Below are positions 49,165 to 58,947 of a stretch of DNA of 64,000 nucleotides, one piece after another (position 1 is the stretch's first letter; each line of letters starts with the position of its first letter). The translations under genes and the position numbers were made by a program. The notes beneath the pieces are model-generated. The model did not search any database and was not told where the DNA came from. It saw nothing but the letters and a program-made list of their open reading frames with translations. The DNA is from Roseibacillus sp. (GTDB lineage: Bacteria; Verrucomicrobiota; Verrucomicrobiia; Verrucomicrobiales; Akkermansiaceae): assembly GCA_965242925.1 (NCBI GenBank), contig CBDEUM010000030.1, forward strand, positions 128,001-192,000, written 5' to 3'.

Positions 49165-50130
49165 CTAGGCCGCACCCCTGGCCTGCTCCGCCAGATCCGC
49201 CTCGATCGCCTCAAGCACATCTTCCTCCGGGTGGAAATCCGCAGCGTGATAAGAACTGCGTACCAGCGGCCCACTGGCGACATGTCGGAACCCCTTCTCC
49301 AGGGCCGCCTCCCGCAGTTTCTCAAATCGTTCGGGCGTAATGTAATCCACCACCGGAAGGTGCATCACACTGGGCCGCAGGTACTGCCCCATAGTCAAAA
49401 CCGTCACTCCATGCTCCAGGAGATCGTCCATGGCCTGCAACACTTCCTCCTCCCGTTCACCCAGGCCCAGCATGAGGCCACTCTTGGTTGCCACTTTCCC
49501 GTCAACGATGTCCTTGGCTTTCCTCAGGACGCTGAGCGAGCGCTGGTATTGTGCCCGACTGCGCACCAGGGGCGTAAGACGTTCCACGGTCTCAATGTTA
49601 TGATTAAAGATATGGGGGCGTGCCGCCATCACCAGTTCAAGGGCCCAGTCCTTGTCATTAAAGTCCGGCACGAGAACCTCGATGATGATCTTGGGATTAC
49701 AGGCGCGTACCGCCTCGATGGTGCGTTGAAAATGTTCCGCTCCGCCGTCCTTCAGGTCGTCCCTGGCCACCGCAGTGATCACGATGTGATTGAGATTCAT
49801 GCGCTTCGTAGCCTCCGCCACCCGCTCCGGTTCATCCTCCTCGAGAGCCTCTGGTCTGGCGGTCTTGACCGCACAGAAGCCACAGGCCCGCGTACATCTC
49901 TCGCCCGCGATCATGAAGGTGGCCGTGCCCTGCCCCCAGCATTCCCAGCGATTGGGACACTGCGCCTCCTCACAAACGGTAACCAGTTTCAGGTCGTTGA
50001 TGAGGGACTTCGTCGACCAAAAAGCCGGATTGTGAGGCAGCCGTACACGAATCCAGTCCGGCTTCTGCTCCCGGTGCAACCCAGGATCCATCAACATCTT
50101 TGGACCGCGATCAACACCACACCCGCTCAT
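49165..50130 (-). CDS. lipA: Lipoyl synthase
   Basis: CEEAQCPNRWEC, CTRACGFC, RSSYHA motifs. Confidence 0.97.
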   Translation of the reverse strand: MSGCGVDRGPKMLMDPGLHREQKPDWIRVRLPHNPAFWSTKSLINDLKLVTVCEEAQCPNRWECWGQGTATFMIAGERCTRACGFCAVKTARPEALEEDEPERVAEATKRMNLNHIVITAVARDDLKDGGAEHFQRTIEAVRACNPKIIIEVLVPDFNDKDWALELVMAARPHIFNHNIETVERLTPLVRSRAQYQRSLSVLRKAKDIVDGKVATKSGLMLGLGEREEEVLQAMDDLLEHGVTVLTMGQYLRPSVMHLPVVDYITPERFEKLREAALEKGFRHVASGPLVRSSYHAADFHPEEDVLEAIEADLAEQARGAA

Positions 50131-50200
50131 TACTTCGAAACGCTACGTCCCCATCCCGAAATACAAAATCATAATTTCAAGATTCTGAATCTCAGTAATT

Positions 50201-51266
50201 CTACTCACCAGGCGGGATCTTCAGGACTTCCCCCACCAGGATCCTGTCCGGATTTGTAATGCCGCTAGCCCTGATGATAGCCGCCACCGTCACCTTGTGA
50301 AAACGGCCAATCTCAGAAATGGTATCGCCCGGTTGCACAATATACTCCCTGAAATCATCCTGTGAACCGGACTCGGGGGCTGGTTCGGGGGCTGGTTCGG
50401 GGGCTGGTTCGGGGGCTGGTTCGGGGGCTGGTTCGGGGGCTGGTTCGGGGGCTGGTTCGGGGGCAGGTTCGGGGGCAGGTTCGGGGGCTGGTTCGGGGGC
50501 AGGGTCGGGGGCAGGGTCGGGGGCAGGGTCGGGGGCAGGGTCGGGGAGGGTCGGGGGCTGGGTCGGGGGCAGGGTCGGGGGCAGGGTCGGGGGCAGGGTC
50601 GGGGGCAGGGTCGGGGGCAGGGTCAGGGTCGGGGCAGGGTCGGGCGCAGGGTCGGGGACAGGGTCGGGGACAGGGTCGGGGGCAGGGTCGCAGGGTCGGG
50701 GGCAGGGTCGTCGGGGCAGGGTCGGGGACAGGGTCGGGGACAGGGTCGGGGGCAGGGTCGGGGGCTGGTTCGGGGGCAGGGTCGGGGGCTGGTTCGGGGG
50801 CAGGGTCGGGGGCTGGTTCGGGGGCAGGGTCGGGGGCAGGGTCGAGCGGCGTCGGTTGCTGAGTTCCACTTATCCTACTATGCAATCCTGCATGCCATGT
50901 CTCCGGACCTTCCACCTGGAGTGCTGTCAGAAACTTCTGGCGTTCCGCTTCCGGGAGCCCCTCAACCAGGGCGGCGAGCTCGGACGATTCCTGCTCACTC
51001 AGCTGGTTTTCCAGAGCCCCCAACCGTGCCTGTAGGGCCGCCAACCTGCTCTCCTCAGCCTGCACCGTGGACTCCAGACCGCTCACCACCACTGCACGCA
51101 GATTCATGTGCTCGTCGCGTAACTTCCTGAGCGCGAAAGCCACTGCAATCAGGGACATCAGGACGACCAGACCGATCAGAGTGGCGAGCACCCGGAAACC
51201 ACCAGTCACCGACGGCTTCACCTTCGGTGTATTGCGAAACATTCCGTGACTACTCTTTCCTGCCAT
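50201..51266 (-). CDS. LysM protein 1 with TM anchor, coiled coil and Pro-Asp/Glu stalk; frame disrupted within the repeat
   Basis: N-terminal frame (ORF 50355-51269) and C-terminal LysM frame (YIVQPGDTISEIG...ITNPDRILVGEVLKIP) are joined through a repeat with indels at ~50545-50715. Confidence 0.8.
50373..50845 (-). repeat. 12-nt tandem repeats (GACCCTGCCCCC / GAACCAGCCCCC) encoding DPAP/EPAP
   Basis: Directly visible array with no unique spacers. Confidence 0.95.
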
Positions 51267-51347
51267 CAACTACCATCAAGCATGTAACCAAAACCAACAC
51301 GGGGGTCGAGAATTGATGCCGCCCTTTTTACATTCTCTTATAGCACC

Positions 51348-52498
51348 TTACTCAACCGGGATCTTGATGATCCGACCCACCCTGATCCTGTTGGGATTGG
51401 TGATCCCATTGGCCCGCGCCAGAGCCCGGGCACTCACCTTGTATTCCTGAGCAATTCGGGAAAGCGAGTCCCCCGGCCGAATCCTGTATTCCTTGGATTT
51501 TGCAGAGGACCCACCGGCAGGGTCCGGGGCAGGGTCCGGGGCAGGGTCCGGGGCAGGGTCCGGGGCAGGGTCCGGGGCAGGGTCCGGGGCAGGGTCCGGG
51601 GCAGGGTCCGGGGCAGGGTCCGGGGCAGGGTCCGGGGCAGGGTCCGGGGCGGGGCAGGGGCAGGGTCCGGCACAGGGTCCGGCACAGGGTCCGGGTCCGG
51701 GTCCGGGTCCGGGTCCGGGTCCGGGTCCGGGTCCGGGTCAGGGTCCGGGGCAGGGTCCGGGGCAGGGTCCGGGGCAGGGGCAGGGTCCGGCACAGGGTCC
51801 GGGTCCGGGTCCGGCACAGGGTCCGGCACAGGGTCCGGCACAGGGTCCGGCACAGGGTTCGGCACAGGGTTCGGCACAGGGTCCGGCACAGGGTCCGGCA
51901 CAGGGTCCGGCACAGGGTCCGGCACAGGGTCCGGCACAGGGTCCGGCACAGGGTCCGGCACAGGGTCCGGCACAGGGTCCGGCACAGGGTCCGGCACAGG
52001 GTTCGGCACAGGGTCCGGCACAGGGTCCGGCACAGGGTCCGGGGCGGGGTCCGGCGCAGGGTTCGGCACAGGGTCTGGCGTGGGGTCACCAGATAATACC
52101 CCCTCACTGGTCGAAGGCCGGCCACCATCAAGAGCCCCCAGAGCTGCCAGGAGAGCCTCACGCTCCTCTGCGTTGCGGGAGGCCAGGAAACCCATGACCT
52201 CCAGTTCGGCTGGCTTGTGCCGATGCCATATCCCACTCAGGGTTCCCTTCACGCTGTGAAATTCCTTCCCGGTTTCCTGCTTCAGGGCCGCAAGCTCAGC
52301 GCTCAGGACCGCCATTTCCCCGGATTCCTCTTGCTCAAGGGAGCTTAGCTCGTCTTTCAGGCGCTCAAGGGATACCGCAATCCAGCCAACTGCCAGCAGG
52401 ACCGCCACCCCCATCACTCCGGCTACCACCCGGAATTTTCCTCCGTCCGCCGCCGGTTCGGCGTCCTGAAACAACTCTTGTCTCTTTTCCTCCGTCAT
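51348..52498 (-). CDS. LysM protein 2 with TM anchor and Pro-Asp stalk; 1-nt frameshift near 51651
   Basis: Manual translation of the third frame gives [47 protein letters not shown], stop at 51350-51348; N-terminus from ORF 51434-52498. Confidence 0.82.
51517..52085 (-). repeat. 12-nt and 6-nt tandem repeats (GACCCTGTGCCG, GACCCTGCCCCG, GACCCG) encoding [10 protein letters not shown]
   Basis: Directly visible array. Confidence 0.95.
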
Positions 52499-52593
52499 CC
52501 CGTCGCCATTTCCCTTTTAGACAAAGGTTCACCTCTTTGTCTAGTGAGGCCTTGAGGAAGTTCTCTCCGAGTCGGCCCCAGGCGGATTCTCTC

Positions 52594-53193
52594 TCACCGC
52601 CTTCCTTCAAAAGCACGCGACACGGTGAGCGCATCCGCGTGTTCCAAGTCGCCCCCTGCGGGCAACCCCTGGGCCAATCGGGTTGTCGAACAATCCTGCT
52701 CCACGAGCAGACCGTCCAGATAATTGGCCGTGGCCTCCCCCTCCACATCCGCGCTCAGCGCCAGAATAATCTCCACCTGCGGGAGACGTCCCATCCGCTT
52801 CAGCAACGATGCGATCCGCAGGTCGTCCGGACCGACATTGTCGAGGGGCGAGAGCTTGCCTCCCAGACAATGATACATTCCCTTGAAGGCCCCAGAACGC
52901 TCGATGGGAAGAACATCCGTAGCCTGCTCCACGACACAGAGCTGACCCGTGTCTCGCCCCTGAGCCGAACAGATCGGGCATCCCTCCACGGTGGCAAAAA
53001 AACCACACTCGGGACAGGAGGTGACCTGGCTGGCCGCTCCCTGGATCGATTCCGCCAGCCCATTGGGCTGAGCCTTGGGGCTCTGTAGCAACCACAGGGC
53101 TATCCTCTCCGCGCCGCGCGGTCCCACGCCCGGAAGACGTCTGAGTTCCTCAATTAAATCGCTGACTGGTTGCGGATAGTCGGCCCGGGCCAT
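52594..53193 (-). CDS. recR: Recombination mediator RecR
   Basis: LPGVGPRGAER, C4 zinc finger, LCVVE, YHCLGG, EGEATA, TRLAQGLP; start refined to ATG 53193. Confidence 0.96.
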   Translation of the reverse strand: MARADYPQPVSDLIEELRRLPGVGPRGAERIALWLLQSPKAQPNGLAESIQGAASQVTSCPECGFFATVEGCPICSAQGRDTGQLCVVEQATDVLPIERSGAFKGMYHCLGGKLSPLDNVGPDDLRIASLLKRMGRLPQVEIILALSADVEGEATANYLDGLLVEQDCSTTRLAQGLPAGGDLEHADALTVSRAFEGRR

Positions 53194-53261
53194 GAAGGAG
53201 AATAACGCCTCCATGCCCGGTTGTCAGCACAGTCCCGCCCGCCTGAAGAATTCTCTGCTCC

Positions 53262-53759
53262 TCAGCCCGTCCTGCGCCCCTGCTCCTTGGAGATCGAAAT
53301 GACCTTCCCCTCACCCGGCAAACCCACAATTTCACAAGGCATGGGATGCTGACGCGCCCACATGGCAGAGCAAAAGGCACTCCACCCTGCACAGAGCAGC
53401 GCAACCATGGGGCTCCAGAAGACACCCCAGAGCGCAACCACGGGGGAGGCCGCGGCCACGAGCACCAGAAAGGTTGCCGCCAGAAGAACCCGCCGAGCCA
53501 GGCCGGGCACCTCCAGAAGTACGAAAGCCAGTCCGTAAGTCAGAACCAGAAGCACCAGGATCGCCCACCACGGTTGCCCGCTTGCCTCCAGGGGGAACCC
53601 GGCTTCCTGATAGCTCACCAGAAGCGCCTTCTCTCTATCCACCAAAAGCCCGGAAACGCGTAGCACAAGGCCGACCGCCATTGCAAAACTGCCCACCACG
53701 GCCGTTACGGTGAGGGGATGGCGATGGGCCACGTATTGCTCTGTTGGGATGTCACCCAT
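53262..53759 (-). CDS. Hypothetical membrane protein (about 4 TM helices)
   Basis: Hydrophobic ORF whose start overlaps the clpX-like stop. Confidence 0.65.
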   Translation of the reverse strand: MGDIPTEQYVAHRHPLTVTAVVGSFAMAVGLVLRVSGLLVDREKALLVSYQEAGFPLEASGQPWWAILVLLVLTYGLAFVLLEVPGLARRVLLAATFLVLVAAASPVVALWGVFWSPMVALLCAGWSAFCSAMWARQHPMPCEIVGLPGEGKVISISKEQGRRTG

Positions 53760-55386
53760 CTTTGGAATCGCTGTCGTCCGGGGAATCTTCCGTTCCGGCG
53801 ACATCACCACGATAACTCCTGACCACCAGTTCACTCAAGTAATTGTCCGGATCCTCCACGGCCTCCGGGCCCAGCTCAAAGCACGCTCGGCCCGTGTTTT
53901 TCTGAATCAACTTCAGACCAAACTGCACATCTCGAAACCGCTGGCGGCACAACTGGAGAAGGCTTCTCCCCTGGCTGGCAGCCTCTTCCGCCAGCTGGGC
54001 AAGGGCCTCATCGGTCAGGGATAGTTCTACCCCATGCTCCTCCCGGAAGTCGCGACAGAACACCTCCAGCTCACGGGCAGCCTTCTCCACGTCCACCTGG
54101 CGCCCCAGCTCACGATACTGCTCAAGCAGTTCCTCCCGGCCGTCGATCAATCCGTCCGTGATCGTGAGCTCGGAGACCGAAGTCCCCGGCAACTCAAACT
54201 TGAAATCCCGCAGGAGACGTTCGCACACCGTCATGAGGGCCCGGGCACCGGTGTTCTCCTTCTCCGCCAGCTCGGCAATCCTCTCGATTGCGCTGTCTTC
54301 GAAACGGGCCCGGATTCCGTAGGCCTCGAACTCACGCTCATACTGCCGCAGGAGACTGCCCTCCGAAAACTTCATGATCTTCTTGAGGTCGGCCGCGTTC
54401 AACTTCTCGCATACCACCCGCACCGGCAGGCGTCCGATGAATTCCGCCTCAAACCCGAAATCAATGAAGTCCTGGGTCTCCACCTGATTGAAAAGTTCCC
54501 CGTCCATGGGACGTTCCACCGGATCCGCCCCGAAACCGATCTGCCCTTCGCTGAGACGCTTGCGCACCACCTTCTCCAACCCGGAAAAGGCTCCGCTCAC
54601 GATGAAGAGAATGTGGCGGGTATTGACCGTATCCCTGGCTGACTCACCACCCCGCTGCATGCTCATCATCGACTTCATCTGGCTCCGAATGTCCATCGGG
54701 TTGGTGAGCGGCACCTCGGTCTCTTCCATCAGTTTGAGCAGGGTCGTCTGCACCCCCCGCCCACTGACGTCCCGCCCGATCATTTCGCTGCGGGTGGCCA
54801 GCTTGTCGATCTCATCGATGTAGATGATCCCGAACTCAGCCAGTTCGACATCTCCCTCGGCCTTTTGCACCAGATCACGCACCAGGTCATCCACATCTCC
54901 ACCCACATATCCGGTTTCCGAGAACTTGGTGGCATCAGCCTTCACGAAGGGAACCCCGATCAACTCGGCAATGTGCTTGATCAGGTAGGTTTTCCCCACT
55001 CCGGTGGGTCCCACCACGATCACGTTCTGCTTCTGCAACTCGATCCCTTCCGGCAGCTTCCCGCGCTCGTTCTCCAGACTGCGGAGGTATTTGGCATGAT
55101 TGTAATGGTCGCACACCGCTATCGAGAGAGCCTTCTTGGCCTCATCCTGCCGAATCACAAAGCGATCGAGGTGCGCCTTGATGTCACGGGGAATGTAATT
55201 GAACTCAAAAACACTGTCAGCGGACCGCTCATCAGAAACCTCCGGCTCATCGTCCTCCACCTCCTGATTCATCCCAGGCATGGTCCACTGGACGTTGCCC
55301 ATCTTTCCGAAGAGCTCCTGTAGACCGCGCTGCAACTCCTCCGGAGTCGGACTTGTCCCCGGACTTTTCTTATCATCATCAGACAT
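53752..55386 (-). CDS. clpX: ClpX-like AAA+ ATPase lacking the N-terminal zinc finger, with a C-terminal extension
   Basis: GPTGVGKT, GYVG, IYIDEID, RDVSGRGVQ, IGF loop, EFIGRLP, GARAL. Confidence 0.85.
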   Translation of the reverse strand: MSDDDKKSPGTSPTPEELQRGLQELFGKMGNVQWTMPGMNQEVEDDEPEVSDERSADSVFEFNYIPRDIKAHLDRFVIRQDEAKKALSIAVCDHYNHAKYLRSLENERGKLPEGIELQKQNVIVVGPTGVGKTYLIKHIAELIGVPFVKADATKFSETGYVGGDVDDLVRDLVQKAEGDVELAEFGIIYIDEIDKLATRSEMIGRDVSGRGVQTTLLKLMEETEVPLTNPMDIRSQMKSMMSMQRGGESARDTVNTRHILFIVSGAFSGLEKVVRKRLSEGQIGFGADPVERPMDGELFNQVETQDFIDFGFEAEFIGRLPVRVVCEKLNAADLKKIMKFSEGSLLRQYEREFEAYGIRARFEDSAIERIAELAEKENTGARALMTVCERLLRDFKFELPGTSVSELTITDGLIDGREELLEQYRELGRQVDVEKAARELEVFCRDFREEHGVELSLTDEALAQLAEEAASQGRSLLQLCRQRFRDVQFGLKLIQKNTGRACFELGPEAVEDPDNYLSELVVRSYRGDVAGTEDSPDDSDSKDG

Positions 55387-55455
55387 CGGGGCGGAACATC
55401 GCCCCAAAATCGATCTTGTCAATGATTGCCGGTGGTGCGGATAACCTGCTTCCCC

Positions 55456-57822
55456 TTACTCCCCGAAATCCTCCAGGATCTGCTCCCACCGCCCCCGGAA
55501 ATCGGGCCGCCGATCGATCAACTCCCCGGCCATCCCACGGGCCTCGTCCTTCAGGTTGCCGAGCCATGCGAACGCCACAGCCTGCAGCAACCGGTCTCCC
55601 TTTTTCTCAACGGTGTTGGGATCGTCGATCAGGGCGCGATGCAGCACCAGCAGGGAAACCGGTTCGATCTCCTTCCAACGCAGGGAAAGCGCCGCGCCAT
55701 CCTTCTCAACCATCAGCCCCCCTTTCTGAGAACCGATAATCTGGGTGTAGCGCGTGCCAGTGCGCGTGTTGAGAATCACTCCGTTGGCCCCGGGACCAAG
55801 GGCGCGGGCCAATTCCTGGACGAAAACCTCCGCTTCCCCGCAGAAAAAGAGGAGGGCTGCCCGTTGATTCCGCTCCAGTCCGCCGGCCAACTCGATCTTC
55901 TGCAGCGCCTTGGCCCCTTCCGGAAATTGTGCATTCGCAAAGTATCTCTCGCCCACTTCCTCGAGCAGGACCCTCCAGTCATCCTGCACTTTTCGGGTTC
56001 GGAGGTATCTCAATCGCCCTCTCAATCCGCTCTGCCAGACCTTCACGTTGAAACGGGCCCGTCCCCGCGTCAGCAGGGAGGCATAGAGCTCGTCCAGTGC
56101 CTCGATACTGGCCTGCAGCTCAGCCCGGTTTTTTCCCTCGACCCCATAATCCGCCTTTCCCAGGAGCTTGTAATCCACGAGGTAGCGCCGGGCCAACTGC
56201 CGATAGGTGCCCATCCATTCAGCTTTCGGCCAGGGCCCGTTCCGTGAGAGCTTGCTGAACATCGCTTGCGCGCGTTCCAGTTCACCCTGCTCCCACATCT
56301 TCAACGCCATCGCGAAAAAGACCGTCGCTCGAAAGGGTTGATCCAGCACCTCGGGCACGCGTTCCTGTGGAACGAAGCGCAGATTGGTGAGGAGTTCCGC
56401 AGCCGACTGCAGTCGCCGCCCCATCACTGTATCCGCGGCCCGGCGCTCGCCGACAAAATCGTAGAGATCGGCCAGGTGCTGGCGGGCATCCGCACTTCGT
56501 CCGTCCAGAAAGGCCGCCACCGCTGCCTCGAAACCCGCCCAAGCCGCCGTCTCGGTGGGTGCCTGCTCCTTATGCCAGACCCGGAGGAACTGTTCCTCCG
56601 CCACCACAAAGTCATCATCGGCCAGGGCCTGCCGTGCACCTTCGTAGGCCTCGTTGATCTGCATCGCCACTTCCGGGTCCAGAGTGGGATCCCGTTCCGG
56701 ATCGAGGACAAGATGCGACCCCTTCGAATCCTCCTCTTCCGAATCCCCCTTCCCCACCCTGAAGAAATGGATGCTTCCCGCCACCAAGGCAGCGAACACC
56801 ACCGCCCACACGCCCAACGACCACACCCGGCGATGGACGTCCTGCCGCTCGCGGCGTTTGGCGCGGATTACGCCGTGCACGGGCACCTTTGTCCCCTTCG
56901 CCTTCAAGACCATTCGAGCCATTTCCAGGTCGGTCCGGAACTCCTCGTAGTCCTCGAATCGTCGGGCCGGATCATGCTTCATCGCTTGCTCCACGATCTG
57001 CACGATCTCGTTGGAGAGCCAGGGTGCCACTTTCTTCAGGGACGGAACCTCCTTCTTGGCCTCACCGGCGGCCTGATTGGTGATCTCCTTCAACTCCACC
57101 GGCGGAACACCCGCCAGGGCGTGGTAGAGCGTGGCCCCGAGAGCATAGATATCCGCCCGGTGATCTTCCTCGGCGTGCTCGAGCACCTCCGGGGCCACGT
57201 AGGTGGGGGTGGCCCAGATCTCGTCGGAGCGAACCGTTCCATCCTCCGTCAGCAACGACAGCCCGAAGTCCACCAGTTTGGCTGTCTCATCCTCGTCGAT
57301 GAGGATATTAGCCGGCTTGATATCCCGATGGATGAGCCCCGCACTCAGGGCAGCCCGCAATCCGTCCACAACCTGCAGCGCCAACCGGATTACCGCATCC
57401 TCCGGCAGAGCTCCGTGCACCGACATGCGCTCGTCCAGACTCTGCCCCGAGACGAGTTCCATTGCGATGAAGTAACGATCGAAGGCTCGTCCCACCTTGT
57501 AGACCCGTACCACATTGGGATGACTGACCGTGGCAGTGAGCCGGGCCTCGCTCTTGAACTGCTCTTCACGCTTCTCGTTCGCGGAAAACTTTTCGTTCAG
57601 CACCTTGACCGCAATGTCCCGGTCCAGGGTGAGATCGCGGGCCACGAACACCACGCTCATCCCCCCGAAGGCGATGCGCCGGACAAGGTGGTAGGACCCC
57701 ATCTCGGTCTTCACCCTCACCTCCTCCCCGCATTCCGGGCAGCGCACGCGGCTGTAGGGCCCCACGTCCGTCACATCCATCTCGCCCGAGCAATTCGGAC
57801 AGGTGGCCAGGTGCGTGCTCAC
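55456..57822 (-). CDS. Hanks-type Ser/Thr protein kinase with N-terminal zinc ribbon, TM helix and extracytoplasmic helical domain
   Basis: CPNC...CPEC, IAVK, HRDIKPAN, DFG, APE, DIYALG motifs; start GTG 57822. Confidence 0.93.
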   Translation of the reverse strand: MSTHLATCPNCSGEMDVTDVGPYSRVRCPECGEEVRVKTEMGSYHLVRRIAFGGMSVVFVARDLTLDRDIAVKVLNEKFSANEKREEQFKSEARLTATVSHPNVVRVYKVGRAFDRYFIAMELVSGQSLDERMSVHGALPEDAVIRLALQVVDGLRAALSAGLIHRDIKPANILIDEDETAKLVDFGLSLLTEDGTVRSDEIWATPTYVAPEVLEHAEEDHRADIYALGATLYHALAGVPPVELKEITNQAAGEAKKEVPSLKKVAPWLSNEIVQIVEQAMKHDPARRFEDYEEFRTDLEMARMVLKAKGTKVPVHGVIRAKRRERQDVHRRVWSLGVWAVVFAALVAGSIHFFRVGKGDSEEEDSKGSHLVLDPERDPTLDPEVAMQINEAYEGARQALADDDFVVAEEQFLRVWHKEQAPTETAAWAGFEAAVAAFLDGRSADARQHLADLYDFVGERRAADTVMGRRLQSAAELLTNLRFVPQERVPEVLDQPFRATVFFAMALKMWEQGELERAQAMFSKLSRNGPWPKAEWMGTYRQLARRYLVDYKLLGKADYGVEGKNRAELQASIEALDELYASLLTRGRARFNVKVWQSGLRGRLRYLRTRKVQDDWRVLLEEVGERYFANAQFPEGAKALQKIELAGGLERNQRAALLFFCGEAEVFVQELARALGPGANGVILNTRTGTRYTQIIGSQKGGLMVEKDGAALSLRWKEIEPVSLLVLHRALIDDPNTVEKKGDRLLQAVAFAWLGNLKDEARGMAGELIDRRPDFRGRWEQILEDFGE

Positions 57823-57935
57823 CGCACCAAGGTAGCGGTAGCGCCGAGGCGGTAGCAAGGAGCGTTCTGGGACGCGCGCCTCGCTCCGTCACCTCGTTAC
57901 TTGCTCCCTGCGGCGTCCTGCCCCACCCTCCGGCC

Positions 57936-58916
57936 GTGACCATCACCGTCCAGGGGGACAGCGGAGAACGACTCGATTTGTTCCTCGCCCGGGAACTCCC
58001 CGATCTTTCCCGCTCGCGCATCCAGGCTCTGCTGAAGGACGGTCACATCCTCCTCAACGGCGGCAGAACGAGGCCCAGAACCCCGGTCACGCCCGGTGAC
58101 TCCATCACCGTGAAGCTTCCAGACCTGCAACCGACGAACCTTGTCCCCCAAGACATTCCCCTCGATATCCTTCATGAGGACGAAGATATCATCGTCATCA
58201 ACAAACCGGTGGGGCTGGTCGTCCATCCCGCTGCAGGCCATCCCGACGGCACCCTCGTCAATGCCCTCCTTCACCATTGCCGGGGAGACCTGCCGGGAGT
58301 GGGTGGCGTGGAACGCCCCGGAATCGTGCACCGACTCGACAAGGAAACGAGTGGCTGTATCGTGACCGCCAGGACCGATCGCGGCCTCCAGTCGCTCCTC
58401 GGTCAATTCTCCGCCCGCCAGACCACCAAGCTCTACCTGGCGGTCACCGAGCGCTCCCCGGTGCAACCCTCCGGCTCTATCTTCACCCACATCGGACGCC
58501 ATCCCGTGAACCGCCAGAAGCAGGCTGTTCTCAATCCGGGGGCGGGATCGGGTCGACCCGCCATTACGGACTACCACATCCTTGCCAGAAACGAGACCCC
58601 TCCCTGGGCTCTTGTCCTCTGCCACCTGCACACCGGCCGCACCCACCAGATTCGCGTCCACATGAAACACCTTGGCTGTCCCCTTCTGGGCGATCCCGTC
58701 TATGCGAAACCCGGTCGACAACCGGTCGAAACCGGGCGTCTCATGCTGCATGCCTGGCGTCTCGGTTTTACCCATCCCGTCAGTGGTGAATTCAAAATCT
58801 ACGAGGCTCCCCTTCCCAGGGAGTTTGAGCCCTTCCTCCCCGACCCCGGGCGCCTCGAACTCATCCGCAAGACCAGCCCGGACGCTCTCGGAGCAGCCCT
58901 CCATCCGGACGCCTGA
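57936..58916 (+). CDS. rluD: RluA/RluD-family pseudouridine synthase
   Basis: S4 domain, NKPVGLVVHP, HRLDKETSG, TGRTHQIRVH, GDPVY, LHA. Confidence 0.92.
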   Translation: MTITVQGDSGERLDLFLARELPDLSRSRIQALLKDGHILLNGGRTRPRTPVTPGDSITVKLPDLQPTNLVPQDIPLDILHEDEDIIVINKPVGLVVHPAAGHPDGTLVNALLHHCRGDLPGVGGVERPGIVHRLDKETSGCIVTARTDRGLQSLLGQFSARQTTKLYLAVTERSPVQPSGSIFTHIGRHPVNRQKQAVLNPGAGSGRPAITDYHILARNETPPWALVLCHLHTGRTHQIRVHMKHLGCPLLGDPVYAKPGRQPVETGRLMLHAWRLGFTHPVSGEFKIYEAPLPREFEPFLPDPGRLELIRKTSPDALGAALHPDA

Positions 58917-58947
58917 CCTTCCCCCCGAACATCCAGCCACCTCCTTC

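Noticed and set aside
50373..52085. Possible CRISPR arrays
   Set aside because: Contiguous 6/12-nt coding repeats with no unique spacers and no cas genes.
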